From a virus: a stretch of 64,000 bases of DNA. A program made the translations under genes and the position numbers. This document shows positions 37,789 through 48,062 of this stretch, piece by piece. Under the pieces are notes generated by a model. It was not told the DNA's origin, searched no databases, and saw only the letters and a program-made list of their open reading frames with translations. The stretch covers positions 11,252 to 75,251 of the IMG/VR virus record IMGVR_UViG_3300021087_000009; one strand, 5' to 3'. Positions within the stretch are counted from its first letter, which is position 1; each line of letters opens with the position of its first letter.

Positions 37789-38178
37789 TTACGCCCACTT
37801 AAGAGTTGTTTTACGTGTAACTGCAACTGTACCTGAACCAAAGTTCACACCGTCAACTGTACCTAAGTTGATTAAATCTTCAACTAAAGCCGCTTCGAAT
37901 GTTCCTGATACTGTACCATCTTCTGATACATATCCTGTTGCATTTGTGAAGTCACCTTCAAGCATAAAATCTTGCTGAGTGCCAGTATCATATACTGCGC
38001 CAGCCGCCAAGATAGTTGCTCTAGCCATAATCGTGTTGTGGATTGCTTCCATAGCCGCTCTTGATGCGTCTGCGTCAACGTCCCAATTTACGTTTAAAAG
38101 GTGCGTGTCTTTTCCGATGTTTCGGATTTCTCCAGTGTAGGTTGCTACTAAAGGATTTACTTTTGTTACTCCAGCCAT
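37789..38178 (-). CDS. probable abundant structural protein
   Basis: AGGAG RBS, late promoter, own terminator, Gly/Ala/Thr-rich. Confidence 0.55.
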   Translation of the reverse strand: MAGVTKVNPLVATYTGEIRNIGKDTHLLNVNWDVDADASRAAMEAIHNTIMARATILAAGAVYDTGTQQDFMLEGDFTNATGYVSEDGTVSGTFEAALVEDLINLGTVDGVNFGSGTVAVTRKTTLKWA

Positions 38179-38265
38179 TTTATTTCTCCTATGTTCTCTA
38201 ATGACCCTGACATACTTTCTCGTGTATGTTAGTTAATAGTATTTAGTCGATTGGGGGAATTTTGG

Positions 38266-39144
38266 TTACTTTTTGCTCTGTAATGCTCGTTTTTGGAGTG
38301 CTTTAAGCATTGTGATGTATCCTGGGCCAGCTTTTACAATATCATCCAGTAATTTAATAGCCGGAAAGTAAGAAGCAATAAAAGGAGACGGAACACTTTT
38401 GCCTGCCTTTGCCATGTCTAAAAACTTTTTAGTACCTACTAAGTTACGTGGACCTACAATGTATCTATAAAACATTAAGTCTTTATTTGATGTAGGTGTT
38501 TGGTCAGGAATACTAATTGTAGGTTCGTGATCCTTAACCATCGAAGTTTCTAAGTCTCTGTTAGTTGATAGTTCTTCTAAGTATGAAATTAAATCACTAT
38601 TTCTTAATTTTGCTCTAGCGGCAAATAATAGTTTTGTTGTTACTGACTTTTTGTCACGTATACTAGCAGTACCGTAATTAACAAGGTATCGTCTAATACT
38701 TTTATATTCGGAGTTTATGCGTAACATATTTTCTATACGCATAAACAATTCTGAATTAGTACCAACAGTACCACCGGAAGCTATTTTATGAAGGTATCCA
38801 TTTAATGCTAAGAGTGGAAATGATATACGTTTTCTCAAAGCCAATGCGGCCGCTGGATCTTTTAATTTATTAACTGCTTCTTCTGGTCCAGCTACAAAAT
38901 ATATTAAGTTATATAAATCAGTTCCATGCATACGAAAGTGCTTATAGTTTTGATTGTCTACAGTCTTTTTCGCATACCCATTAGCAATACCTTTAGAAGA
39001 ACCTGGGTATTGCCTTAGTAACTCAAGAATCAATAGCGATAAGTATAGCCTTTCACCACAGTCAGTATATGATAACTTCTTTTGGTCAGTACTATTGCGA
39101 GTCATTCTCGCTTCATATATTTCGTCTAAGAATTTGAGTTCCAT
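38266..39144 (-). CDS. hypothetical phage protein
   Basis: 292-aa ORF. Confidence 0.65.
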   Translation of the reverse strand: MELKFLDEIYEARMTRNSTDQKKLSYTDCGERLYLSLLILELLRQYPGSSKGIANGYAKKTVDNQNYKHFRMHGTDLYNLIYFVAGPEEAVNKLKDPAAALALRKRISFPLLALNGYLHKIASGGTVGTNSELFMRIENMLRINSEYKSIRRYLVNYGTASIRDKKSVTTKLLFAARAKLRNSDLISYLEELSTNRDLETSMVKDHEPTISIPDQTPTSNKDLMFYRYIVGPRNLVGTKKFLDMAKAGKSVPSPFIASYFPAIKLLDDIVKAGPGYITMLKALQKRALQSKK

Positions 39145-39149
39145 ATCGC

Positions 39150-40652
39150 CTACTTCATATACTTGTCAGCAAAGATATTAATCATCTCTTTTGGATCTTT
39201 AACTGCAAGAAATTGTTCTAATCCAGCTGATTTTTGAATGTCTTTAGTAAACTCAAAACGTATAGCTGGCTTAACTCTATCAGTAGTTGCCATCATACGT
39301 AATGTTTTAGCTTGTGCTACATCAACTTTCATTTCTTTACCATCGTCAGTTGTAACGGTATTCCTCGGCTTTGGATTAGATTGTGAATCTAATATTTTGC
39401 CTAATTGGTTAAACATCATATCTTGTTTAAATCCTGGATCGTCGTTATCGTCAACGTCTGCTGGATCAACACCTCTACGCATAAAGTCGGTATCTGTAAA
39501 GTCACTTGCTCTCATATTAGTCCCCTCTCGTTTTACTGCTCTGTTAGCCGCACTAAAGCCTGCACGATTAACTAGTTTTATATCTCCTTTTGGATTAGCT
39601 AATACATAACCTTCTCCTCCAGGCTTACCACCTATTGATGCTTTAACATCAGCAGGTTGATTTTCTAATTGATTAATGATATCATCTTTAACTCTCATGA
39701 TACCGTTTACTGTTTGCCATAATGCATTAAAAGCCTTAATATTTGTTTTTACATATTCAATAATTTTTGCTTGTTTATTTTTACTTACTTTGCTACCTGA
39801 TAGCCATTGTACAAAGTCTTTACCTAGTTTATCTAATCCTGTATCAACTTTACTATTAGTATATGTATAAAGTATTTGAGAGAAGTCACTAACCTTCATT
39901 GCGGCTAATGTTTCTTTGTTTAATAAACTGTCAATCTCGTTAGCATTGTTACTTACAATTCCACTTACTTCTTTAATGCTACTCATGTCTACGTTTGGAG
40001 CATCAACTACAGTCACTGGTGGTAATACTAATACTTCTTTACCTTCAAATGGAGGTGTTTGACCTAAAGGACCTTCGTTACCGTTTTGATCTACAACTCT
40101 ATGAATAACTACTCCAGTTTTACTTCTTGCTATTTGTTTACCTATGTCACTATCTTTTTGTACTGTATATGTTACTGTATTAGGTTTAAAGGACAGCGTT
40201 TCACCTATTGTATCAGGAGTATTAAAGTATAACATGTCTCCTTTGAAATAGCCTTTGTGTTTTTTAGGTACAGCTTTTTCAAATTCATCAAATACATCTT
40301 TCATATTGCCTGCAAATGCTTTATAACTGTCTGACTTCTCGCCACCTTTACCTCTACCAAGTAACATGGCCTGTAAGTCATCGCCACTTTGTGACTTACC
40401 ATCATATCCTTTTGCACTAAAGCCTGACTTGTCTGTAAAGACAAACTTGCCATCTGCATCACGACCAAATATTACAGCAGGTGATCCATCCCATTTGATT
40501 GTTACATCTTTGTGTCCACCTTTGGCCATGTTAGCTAAAGATTGCAAAGCACGTTTGGCTCCAGCACTTCCTTCCCAGAAGATGATATCTTCTGCATGTT
40601 GGATACGTGCTTCCATTTCTTTTACAATTTGTTTAAATTCAAAAAATCTCAT
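39150..40652 (-). CDS. DUF6267-like protein with ligase-like KxDG motif
   Basis: H.ED, TIKWDGSPA, GDMLY, GEGYV, IKLVNR. Confidence 0.65.
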   Translation of the reverse strand: MRFFEFKQIVKEMEARIQHAEDIIFWEGSAGAKRALQSLANMAKGGHKDVTIKWDGSPAVIFGRDADGKFVFTDKSGFSAKGYDGKSQSGDDLQAMLLGRGKGGEKSDSYKAFAGNMKDVFDEFEKAVPKKHKGYFKGDMLYFNTPDTIGETLSFKPNTVTYTVQKDSDIGKQIARSKTGVVIHRVVDQNGNEGPLGQTPPFEGKEVLVLPPVTVVDAPNVDMSSIKEVSGIVSNNANEIDSLLNKETLAAMKVSDFSQILYTYTNSKVDTGLDKLGKDFVQWLSGSKVSKNKQAKIIEYVKTNIKAFNALWQTVNGIMRVKDDIINQLENQPADVKASIGGKPGGEGYVLANPKGDIKLVNRAGFSAANRAVKREGTNMRASDFTDTDFMRRGVDPADVDDNDDPGFKQDMMFNQLGKILDSQSNPKPRNTVTTDDGKEMKVDVAQAKTLRMMATTDRVKPAIRFEFTKDIQKSAGLEQFLAVKDPKEMINIFADKYMK

Positions 40653-41374
40653 TATGGTAGCTCTAGTCCATCTTTTTCAAACCAGTCTTTAGCATCTTTA
40701 ACTAAGTTTTCGTAATTAGGGTCTGCTTTAATTTTAGCATTAATTGATTCTACACTTTGTAAGTCTTGCGGAGTTGCAGTTGGACCCATTAAAGTCTTTG
40801 CAATAAACTTTGGATCCTTTGCACCTTTCAAAGGTTCGTTGCTTATTCTATCAACTAATCCGTTTGAGGGGCTCCACTTATATCCTAGTGCTTTTGCTAA
40901 CGAGGCAATCATAATCATACGGTGTTGGCCTTTAAAGTTACTTTTTGCGTCCATGCCACCTAAAGCAAATTTCATAAACTTCTGATCACCAAACATTAAA
41001 TCTGTTTGTACAAATCCGTTTTTCTCATTACCTCTAATAGGTGTTTTAAAATGTACTGAAATACCAGACTTTCGAATCCATTGTTTAGGCTCTTCATCAG
41101 GATGATTTTTAACTACCCATGCTTGTAATTTTCCTACTAGATCGTCTTTACTAACTTTATCTTTCTCAATAGCAACATCTAAATCACCACTAGTGTCTTT
41201 AACACCAGTACTGCCAAGCATATGGCCTTTATGATCTAATCCAGTGATCTTTTCAAGCCAACCTAATGTAGGCTTTACATCTGCTTTATTAATACGGATT
41301 GTAGCTGGTTCGCCCTCAGCATTTTTGAATATGTTACCGCCTTCATTGAGAATCATTTGTTTTCCTTGCTTCAA
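40652..41374 (-). CDS. Pol-beta-superfamily nucleotidyltransferase-like protein
   Basis: LGSTG...SGDLDVA and VQTDLM motifs. Confidence 0.65.
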   Translation of the reverse strand: MKQGKQMILNEGGNIFKNAEGEPATIRINKADVKPTLGWLEKITGLDHKGHMLGSTGVKDTSGDLDVAIEKDKVSKDDLVGKLQAWVVKNHPDEEPKQWIRKSGISVHFKTPIRGNEKNGFVQTDLMFGDQKFMKFALGGMDAKSNFKGQHRMIMIASLAKALGYKWSPSNGLVDRISNEPLKGAKDPKFIAKTLMGPTATPQDLQSVESINAKIKADPNYENLVKDAKDWFEKDGLELP

Positions 41375-41609
41375 CTATTTTATCAACGCCACGTTTAAAT
41401 TTACGAGGATCACCACTTCTAATACTGTTTATAAAACGTCTTTCTAATTCTGCGGCTGTATCTGCGTCATAACTATCAGTTATTCTGTTTAATAAATTAA
41501 TCGAACTTTCAATTAAGTTATTCCCTGTTGACTGTATTAATGCTTCGTTATCAGTCGTACGGTGAATACTGTTTAGTTCTTCGAGTATAGATCTAGTGGT
41601 TCTTTTCAT
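41343..41609 (-). CDS. hypothetical phage protein
   Basis: 88 aa, late promoter upstream. Confidence 0.6.
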   Translation of the reverse strand: MKRTTRSILEELNSIHRTTDNEALIQSTGNNLIESSINLLNRITDSYDADTAAELERRFINSIRSGDPRKFKRGVDKIVEARKTNDSQ

Positions 41610-41756
41610 GGTTTCGTTTCCTATACTGTATTTAGTTGCCTGTGTGTAAATACTTCGACGATAAGGTGTTGACTTCTTACTAAGGTCGTAGTATACTATA
41701 AAACAAATACAAAGTCAACCCGCTCCAACTATTTACTTTAAGGAAATTAAATTATT

Positions 41757-42749
41757 ATGATTGACCCAACAACGCAGGGGATTCTTACTCAGATTGACGG
41801 AAAAATGGGCTTAACTAGTAACTCTTTTCATAGATGTATTGGAGAACGAGGTTATTTTGCTACAGTTGTTGAATTAACTGAAAAAATCCGTATTGCTACA
41901 TCAACTGATGGAGTTGGTAGTAAAATAGACCATTTGATTAGACACATGATGTATGATGTTATCGGTAAAGACTGTGTAGCAATGAATATTAATGATTTAT
42001 TGTGTGTAGGTGCAAATCCTGTTGGGTTTCAGAACCATATTACAACGCAACCAGATCAAGCTAACATTATTCCTGATGTAGTGTCAGGAATTGCAGATTA
42101 TTGTGTTGACAGCTTCACATTACTTACAGGTGGAGAAACGGAAATACTGCAAGAAACGAAATTTCATATATCAGGATCTGCTTTTGGACACATTGTTGAT
42201 TTAATAAATGGTACTAGGGTAGAGCCTGGTGATGTTATAATTGGCTTAGAATCTAACGGACTTCATGCTAACGGATGGACAGCAGTATCTATTGGTGCTC
42301 CTAGTTTGATTAAAAGAGAGAATCTTACTGCAACAAAATTATATACTAGCGATATACATCCACTTAGATCTAGAGTCGAGCCTACAGCTATTGTTAATAT
42401 TACAGGTGGCGGATTTAGGAATCTTGAAAGAATACCAAAGAATGTACAATATAATATAAATTATAAAATTACGCAAGACGTGTTTCAAACGTTAGAAGAT
42501 CGTTATTCACATGCAGAATGCTTCACCCATTTTAATATGGGTATAGGAATGATAGTTATTGTACGACTAGAAGATGTTGATATAGCTCTTGAGCAGATGA
42601 AGGATACAGTAATTTTAGGCGAAGTATCAAAAGCAGATAATCCTAAAGTAATAGTAAATGGAATAGAAATATATTCAGGAACTGTTAAGCCATATAAAAC
42701 AGTAACTAAAGTTGAAGAGGAGTCTCCGATAAACCTTACTGATAACTAG
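41757..42749 (+). CDS. purM: phosphoribosylaminoimidazole (AIR) synthetase
   Basis: STDGVGSK, DCVAMNINDL, GGET, SNGLHANG, ITGGG, FNMGIG. Confidence 0.9.
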   Translation: MIDPTTQGILTQIDGKMGLTSNSFHRCIGERGYFATVVELTEKIRIATSTDGVGSKIDHLIRHMMYDVIGKDCVAMNINDLLCVGANPVGFQNHITTQPDQANIIPDVVSGIADYCVDSFTLLTGGETEILQETKFHISGSAFGHIVDLINGTRVEPGDVIIGLESNGLHANGWTAVSIGAPSLIKRENLTATKLYTSDIHPLRSRVEPTAIVNITGGGFRNLERIPKNVQYNINYKITQDVFQTLEDRYSHAECFTHFNMGIGMIVIVRLEDVDIALEQMKDTVILGEVSKADNPKVIVNGIEIYSGTVKPYKTVTKVEEESPINLTDN

Positions 42750-42784
42750 ATTGAAATAAATAGAGTATCATATAGCAGACGGAG

Positions 42785-43216
42785 GTGACTATGAACTCTA
42801 ACACATTTCATTTAGCGATTGAAGTGGGTGACCTTACTAATGCGATTGACTTCTATACAAACATCTTAGGATGTGAGTCATGTAACTCAGAACTTCCACA
42901 CTGGATAGATATTGATTTCTGGGGCAACGAACTTACTTTACATTCCAGTAATCCTAAAGAGGATTGCACTAATAATACTAAACAAGAACATGCAGTTGAT
43001 ATGGGGATGGTAGTTGTCCCCCATTTTGGTGTGCATTTAGATCCTGATATCTTTGAAGATATTAAAGACCGTATTAAAAAACATAATATAAGCTATGTAC
43101 AAGAACCTTATATACGTTTTAAGGATACTGACCTAGAGCAAGAAACATGCTTCATTAAAGATCCGCATGGTAATATACTTGAACTCAAAAGCCTGTCTAC
43201 TGGCGCATGGAGATAA
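42785..43216 (+). CDS. VOC/glyoxalase-family protein
   Basis: FHLAI, WIDIDFWG, PHFG, DPHGNILELK. Confidence 0.85.
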   Translation: MTMNSNTFHLAIEVGDLTNAIDFYTNILGCESCNSELPHWIDIDFWGNELTLHSSNPKEDCTNNTKQEHAVDMGMVVVPHFGVHLDPDIFEDIKDRIKKHNISYVQEPYIRFKDTDLEQETCFIKDPHGNILELKSLSTGAWR

Positions 43217-43266
43217 ATACCTATATTATTACTATACCATAAACTAATAAAAATAAAGGAATATTA

Positions 43267-44112
43267 ATGTTCAGTAAAAAATTAACGAAACCAATAGCTA
43301 ATTTATCATTTGAACACCGTGCATTACTTTTTGCTGAACTAAGTGCTATTGCTTATTATGAAGGGAAAGATGCAACTCGAGAAGCAAAAAAACTAGGCTT
43401 CACTACAGTAGAGTTTTATAATATTAAAGGTGCAGAAGCATATCGTTTTATGAATAAGCATGATTTTGTAATTGCTTGTCGTGGAACACAACCTAAACAA
43501 TGGAACGATATTAAAGCTGATGCAGAAGCATGGCCTGTTGTTTCAGAAACAGTCGGACGAGTTCATAAAGGATTTAAACATGAAGTTGATAAGTTGTGGC
43601 CTCAAATAGAAGAAGACTTAGAAAGAGAACAAGCAGAACGTAACGTTTGGTTTACTGGACATTCGTTAGGTGCAGGCATGGCAACTATATGTGCAAGTCG
43701 TTGTAAAGGCGAAAATAAATGTACGAATCCTAAAGAGTTACATACTTATGGAACTCCAAGGGTTGGTTGGCCTAGTTACATTAATCATATTCCGTTCAAA
43801 CATTACCGTTGGAGAAACAATAATGATATTGTTACTCGTGTACCAATGCGTTGGATGGGTTATAAACATCACGGCACTTGTCATTACTTTAACCATTTTG
43901 GTAACCTTAGAAACTATACACCTTGGCAAATAGCTAAGGATCGTTGGCGTGGATTTTTTGTTAGTATATTAAAAGGTAAGTTTGATCCTATTTCTGATCA
44001 TAATATTAATGAATATATTAAACACTTAAACAATTTAGCAAATGGTAGCAAAGAAGCTCCGCAACCATCTGCTATGAAAAGTTTAGATCCAATTACATTA
44101 ATGAAGAATTAG
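43267..44112 (+). CDS. class 3 lipase
   Basis: RGT, VHKGF, GHSLG, PRVG, DIVTRVP, DH. Confidence 0.9.
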   Translation: MFSKKLTKPIANLSFEHRALLFAELSAIAYYEGKDATREAKKLGFTTVEFYNIKGAEAYRFMNKHDFVIACRGTQPKQWNDIKADAEAWPVVSETVGRVHKGFKHEVDKLWPQIEEDLEREQAERNVWFTGHSLGAGMATICASRCKGENKCTNPKELHTYGTPRVGWPSYINHIPFKHYRWRNNNDIVTRVPMRWMGYKHHGTCHYFNHFGNLRNYTPWQIAKDRWRGFFVSILKGKFDPISDHNINEYIKHLNNLANGSKEAPQPSAMKSLDPITLMKN

Positions 44113-44396
44113 AACTTTAGTTTATCTAAAATAGTTCCTTCTACTTTTGACATAAGTCTAACACCTGAATAGCCACAAACAAATGCTATAGCAAGTGCTA
44201 CCTCAGTTCCAAAGCCAAAATGGGCCATTAGTGCTGGAATAAAAAATTCCGCCGCAACCCATCCTACTAATACTGATATCAATATATCTTTAATTGGTGT
44301 TTTTCTACGTACTACTGCATTACAGATTCCGCCAGTACCAGCCGCGCCAATACAACACGCCTTTGCACCGAACATTGTTACTAGTTCTGCTATCAT
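44109..44396 (-). CDS. holin-like membrane protein
   Basis: Two to three TM helices, basic C-terminus. Confidence 0.5.
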   Translation of the reverse strand: MIAELVTMFGAKACCIGAAGTGGICNAVVRRKTPIKDILISVLVGWVAAEFFIPALMAHFGFGTEVALAIAFVCGYSGVRLMSKVEGTILDKLKF

Positions 44397-44471
44397 AAGA
44401 GCCCTCCAAGTTTGTCTTTCTGACCTTATATTTAAATAAGTTGGAGGTGGTATTAAGCGATTATTTAATGA

Positions 44472-45458
44472 TTAGTGTAACCCGTTAGGTATAATAACAT
44501 AGTGTATTGCTAACACAATTCCTACTGATACAATTAGTCCTAACATCATTTTTAAGAAGTCTCGTCCTATTATAGGAAACACATACTTAAACTTATAGTT
44601 TTCCATAAGTGTTGATATTGCAAGTTCTCTTCCACATAACAATCCAACAAAGACCCAAGTAGTACTCATAGGAATATCATTATACTCTCTAAAGAACATT
44701 AATATAAATGCATATACTACATTAATTAATGTTGCTGAACGTACATACCTAGTGCCAGTCTTTTCTAAAACAACATGTTGAATCTTTCCTCCACGTTCAT
44801 AAAACGTGTATCCTAAGAATACTATAAACACAACAGATACAAAAAGCATCCATTCAACGGATAATACTCTAGGAAGGAATACAGCAATATTGGCCATGTC
44901 GTGTGATAACCAAGTGTACCATAAGAATGCTGTAGTGATCCAACTACCAACACGCCAATAAACTTTATGTGTTTCAGGTACCTTATCTGCTTTCTCATCT
45001 ATAACACGTTCAACTACCATCCAAATAGCATAAGCAACTATTGCCGCTAAGGCATATCCTATAATAGATTTAACTAACATCTTTTCTAATACAAATGTAC
45101 TAGCAAATGCAGACAGGACTAAGAAACTTGTTGATACAGGTACGCCAATTCGTGTTAGTAATAGAAGTACAAGTGGAGCAGTTGCATGGTACCATTGTAC
45201 TTCTTGGAAAGGTATTTTGTTTAGTCTACCAAATGATATGTCGCCCCCGTTAATATACCACCCATACCATAATGTAAATATTAAAACTGCTGATGCTGAT
45301 AGCCAAAGTGTTTGCCAATTAAATGATGGCTCTGTGTTACCTGGATGATCTGAGTTAGATGCTATCCAAGGACCTAATGTTTGTACACTATCATTAGCAA
45401 CAACTGAGTATGCCGCAAGAATAAATCCTACGACCATGTAGAGCAAAGTTAAATCCAT
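44472..45458 (-). CDS. multi-pass membrane protein, PiT phosphate-transporter-like
   Basis: ANDS..TLG, PVSTS, HDMAN, PMSTT repeats. Confidence 0.65.
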   Translation of the reverse strand: MDLTLLYMVVGFILAAYSVVANDSVQTLGPWIASNSDHPGNTEPSFNWQTLWLSASAVLIFTLWYGWYINGGDISFGRLNKIPFQEVQWYHATAPLVLLLLTRIGVPVSTSFLVLSAFASTFVLEKMLVKSIIGYALAAIVAYAIWMVVERVIDEKADKVPETHKVYWRVGSWITTAFLWYTWLSHDMANIAVFLPRVLSVEWMLFVSVVFIVFLGYTFYERGGKIQHVVLEKTGTRYVRSATLINVVYAFILMFFREYNDIPMSTTWVFVGLLCGRELAISTLMENYKFKYVFPIIGRDFLKMMLGLIVSVGIVLAIHYVIIPNGLH

Positions 45459-45467
45459 ATTTGATCC

Positions 45468-46067
45468 TTATTCTAATTTATGTTTTGTAATAATGTTATA
45501 TATTTCTTGCCAGTTCTGCACTCGTACAACTTCTGGATTGTCGTACTCCTCATTAAAATCGTGTGTCATAAGAATTGGACGCAGTCCTGCCCGCAGTCCA
45601 GCTTCACAATTTTCTGGTTTATCTTCAACCCACCAAAGACCCTCTGGATACTCTTTAAGAATATCATCTTTTGGTGCTTGAGTTTCTAAACAGCGAACAC
45701 GCCGAATAGTTGCAGGGAACCAACGTTCTAAGTTTTGTTGTCTAAGCTCGGCGGCCCAGCGGTCTGTGTGTGATGATGTGATTGCTTCAAAGTGATAGTT
45801 TAGTACTTTAAATTTAGCAAGTACATCAACAGAATCTCTGAAGGGTTTAATAAAGCCTATCCATGCACTAGAATTAAAACGTTCTATAAGAGCATTGACT
45901 TGTGGTCTATTAATTCCATACCGTTGTGATAGGTCGTATATGTTTTCGTCTGTAGTATCTTCAACATATATATTTTGAGTTTCTTTAAGCCAAGCCTCAA
46001 ATGATGTTGTCCAATCTAACAATACTCCATCTACGTCTACTAAAATTTTGTGTTGCGAATAATCCAA
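45468..46067 (-). CDS. HAD 5'(3')-deoxyribonucleotidase-like
   Basis: DVDGVL, ITS, WVEDKPEN. Confidence 0.8.
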   Translation of the reverse strand: MDYSQHKILVDVDGVLLDWTTSFEAWLKETQNIYVEDTTDENIYDLSQRYGINRPQVNALIERFNSSAWIGFIKPFRDSVDVLAKFKVLNYHFEAITSSHTDRWAAELRQQNLERWFPATIRRVRCLETQAPKDDILKEYPEGLWWVEDKPENCEAGLRAGLRPILMTHDFNEEYDNPEVVRVQNWQEIYNIITKHKLE

Positions 46068-46236
46068 TATATCCCCCTGTATGATTTAATAGCTGTATTA
46101 TATTATATTTTTTCTGTTATGTCAACCTTTTTGACACTTTATATAAATACCCATATAATCAATACAGACACTGGAAAAGACTAGGGTATTGCTATTCCTT
46201 AAGCATATTTTTTAACAATTTATACTTAAGGTAAAA

Positions 46237-46371
46237 ATGGCATACAAAGTAAAACGACTAATTTGCAGAATGCGAATGTGGTATGCTGAAGTTCGAGGAC
46301 ATAAAGGTAAAAGATGGAATTACGAACCTTCAGAACACTACATGGGCAGATCCAGATCCAAAAAACACTAA
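46237..46371 (+). CDS. 44-aa basic peptide MAYKVKRLICRMRMWYAEVRGHKGKRWNYEPSEHYMGRSRSKKH
   Basis: TATAAATA promoter, AAGG RBS; absent from the ORF track. Confidence 0.6.
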   Translation: MAYKVKRLICRMRMWYAEVRGHKGKRWNYEPSEHYMGRSRSKKH

Positions 46372-46668
46372 TTTAAACCACTTTTAGTATGGTTTTCGCT
46401 TGACCTACATAATTACTTGTGTTACTATAATCATAGTAAGCATATTGCATTTTATTAGCGGAAGACAAACATGAAAAACTAATTATGATCGTACTAGAGA
46501 TACTTCCATTTATTTTGTTATCAATAATGATGATGTATAAAAAATAATAGTAGTCTAGTGCCTAACAACAATCGCGGCGTAGCCCGAATAAACGTATTGA
46601 GATAGCGAGCCCCTTGTAGAGAATCAATAGTACCTACAGGGGGTTAATCTTTTCTGCTATATAATAGT

Positions 46669-46890
46669 ATGTTTAGAAAAATTTTAAATTGGTTTAGCAA
46701 ATTTGGTGATTGGATGGCGCAAAGTGATAGAGAAATGCGTGAAGCTGGTTACATTGTTAGTTGGCCGCCTATAGGATGCTCTTTTGGTGCTCCGCACGTT
46801 CATTATATAGGTCCACCTAAAAAACCCCACATAAATACACAGACTAATGATAGACCTAACACCATTTCAGGAGAAGATCCAAGAACTTAA
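46669..46890 (+). CDS. hypothetical protein
   Basis: 73 aa, overlaps the hemA start. Confidence 0.45.
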   Translation: MFRKILNWFSKFGDWMAQSDREMREAGYIVSWPPIGCSFGAPHVHYIGPPKKPHINTQTNDRPNTISGEDPRT

Positions 46891-48052
46891 AGATAACGGC
46901 AATTACCGTGTCTTTAACGATATTCTTCGTACCAGAGGACAATATCCTAACGCCATATGGTATGGCAAATATAATATTAAGGATATTGTAAATTGGTGTT
47001 CAAATGATTACTTAGGTATGGGACAACATCCAGTTGTTTTAGATGCTATGAAAACTGCCCTTAACCAGACAGGTGCGGGTGCAGGTGGCACACGAAATAT
47101 TGCTGGAACATCTCATTATCATGTTGCATTAGAGCATGAGTTAGCTTCTCTGCATAGCAAAGAATCCGCTCTGCTTTATACTTCAGCTTATGTTGCCAAC
47201 GAATGGACATTGATTGCTCTTAAACGAATCATTCCCGACATTGAATTTGTAAGTGATAGTAAAAATCACGCTTCATTAATTGAAGGAATCAGAAACAGTG
47301 GTGCTAAGAAACATATTTTTAAGCACAATGATCTAGAGCAGTTAGAAAGTATACTGAAAGACGTCAAAGGAACACCTTGTGTTGTTTTTGAGTCTGTGTA
47401 TAGCATGGATGGATATGTCAGTAAATTAGATGACATTCTCAACTTAGCTGAAAAATATAATGCCGTTACATATCTTGATGAAGTCCACGCCGTTGGCCTG
47501 TATGGTGAAACAGGTGCTGGTTGGTCAGCAAAGCAAGGATCACAGGACAGAGTTGATATATTAAACGGTACGTTAGGTAAAGCCTTTGGTGTACAGGGTG
47601 GATATATAGCAGGGAAGGCAGTTGTCTTAGACGCTATCCGTTCGGTCGCCTCAGGTTTTATTTTTACTACTTCTTTATCACCAGTCACTTGTGCTGGTGC
47701 TTTAGCAAGTGTAAAATATTTGCGGGACAACAATCAACTACGAGTACAACATCAGGAACGTGCTGGTCATTTAAAGACACTATTAAGAACAAATGGCTTA
47801 CAAATTTTTGAAAACGAAACACATATAGTACCGGTCTTCGTAGGAGACGCAAAACGCTGTAAAGCAATGAGCGATGCCTTAATCAATGATTTTGGAATTT
47901 ATTGTCAGGCTATTAACTATCCTACAGTAGAGGTAGGTACTGAACGTTTACGGTTTGCTCCAACTCCGCATCATACAGATGCTATGATGGACAATTTAGT
48001 AGATGCTTTAGTTAAAGTAGAGACAAAGTCACATAGAAAGGCTTTTCTCTAA
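46847..48052 (+). CDS. hemA: 5-aminolevulinate synthase
   Basis: [48 protein letters not shown] (PLP Lys), FIFTT, YPTV..GTERLR. Confidence 0.93.
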   Translation: MIDLTPFQEKIQELKDNGNYRVFNDILRTRGQYPNAIWYGKYNIKDIVNWCSNDYLGMGQHPVVLDAMKTALNQTGAGAGGTRNIAGTSHYHVALEHELASLHSKESALLYTSAYVANEWTLIALKRIIPDIEFVSDSKNHASLIEGIRNSGAKKHIFKHNDLEQLESILKDVKGTPCVVFESVYSMDGYVSKLDDILNLAEKYNAVTYLDEVHAVGLYGETGAGWSAKQGSQDRVDILNGTLGKAFGVQGGYIAGKAVVLDAIRSVASGFIFTTSLSPVTCAGALASVKYLRDNNQLRVQHQERAGHLKTLLRTNGLQIFENETHIVPVFVGDAKRCKAMSDALINDFGIYCQAINYPTVEVGTERLRFAPTPHHTDAMMDNLVDALVKVETKSHRKAFL

Positions 48053-48062
48053 AAGGAGTTGT

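Noticed and set aside
46570-46610. SAM-II/SAM-V riboswitch similarity (AAACGTATTG)
   Set aside because: The conserved L1 U-rich and 3' A-rich elements are not in the right positions
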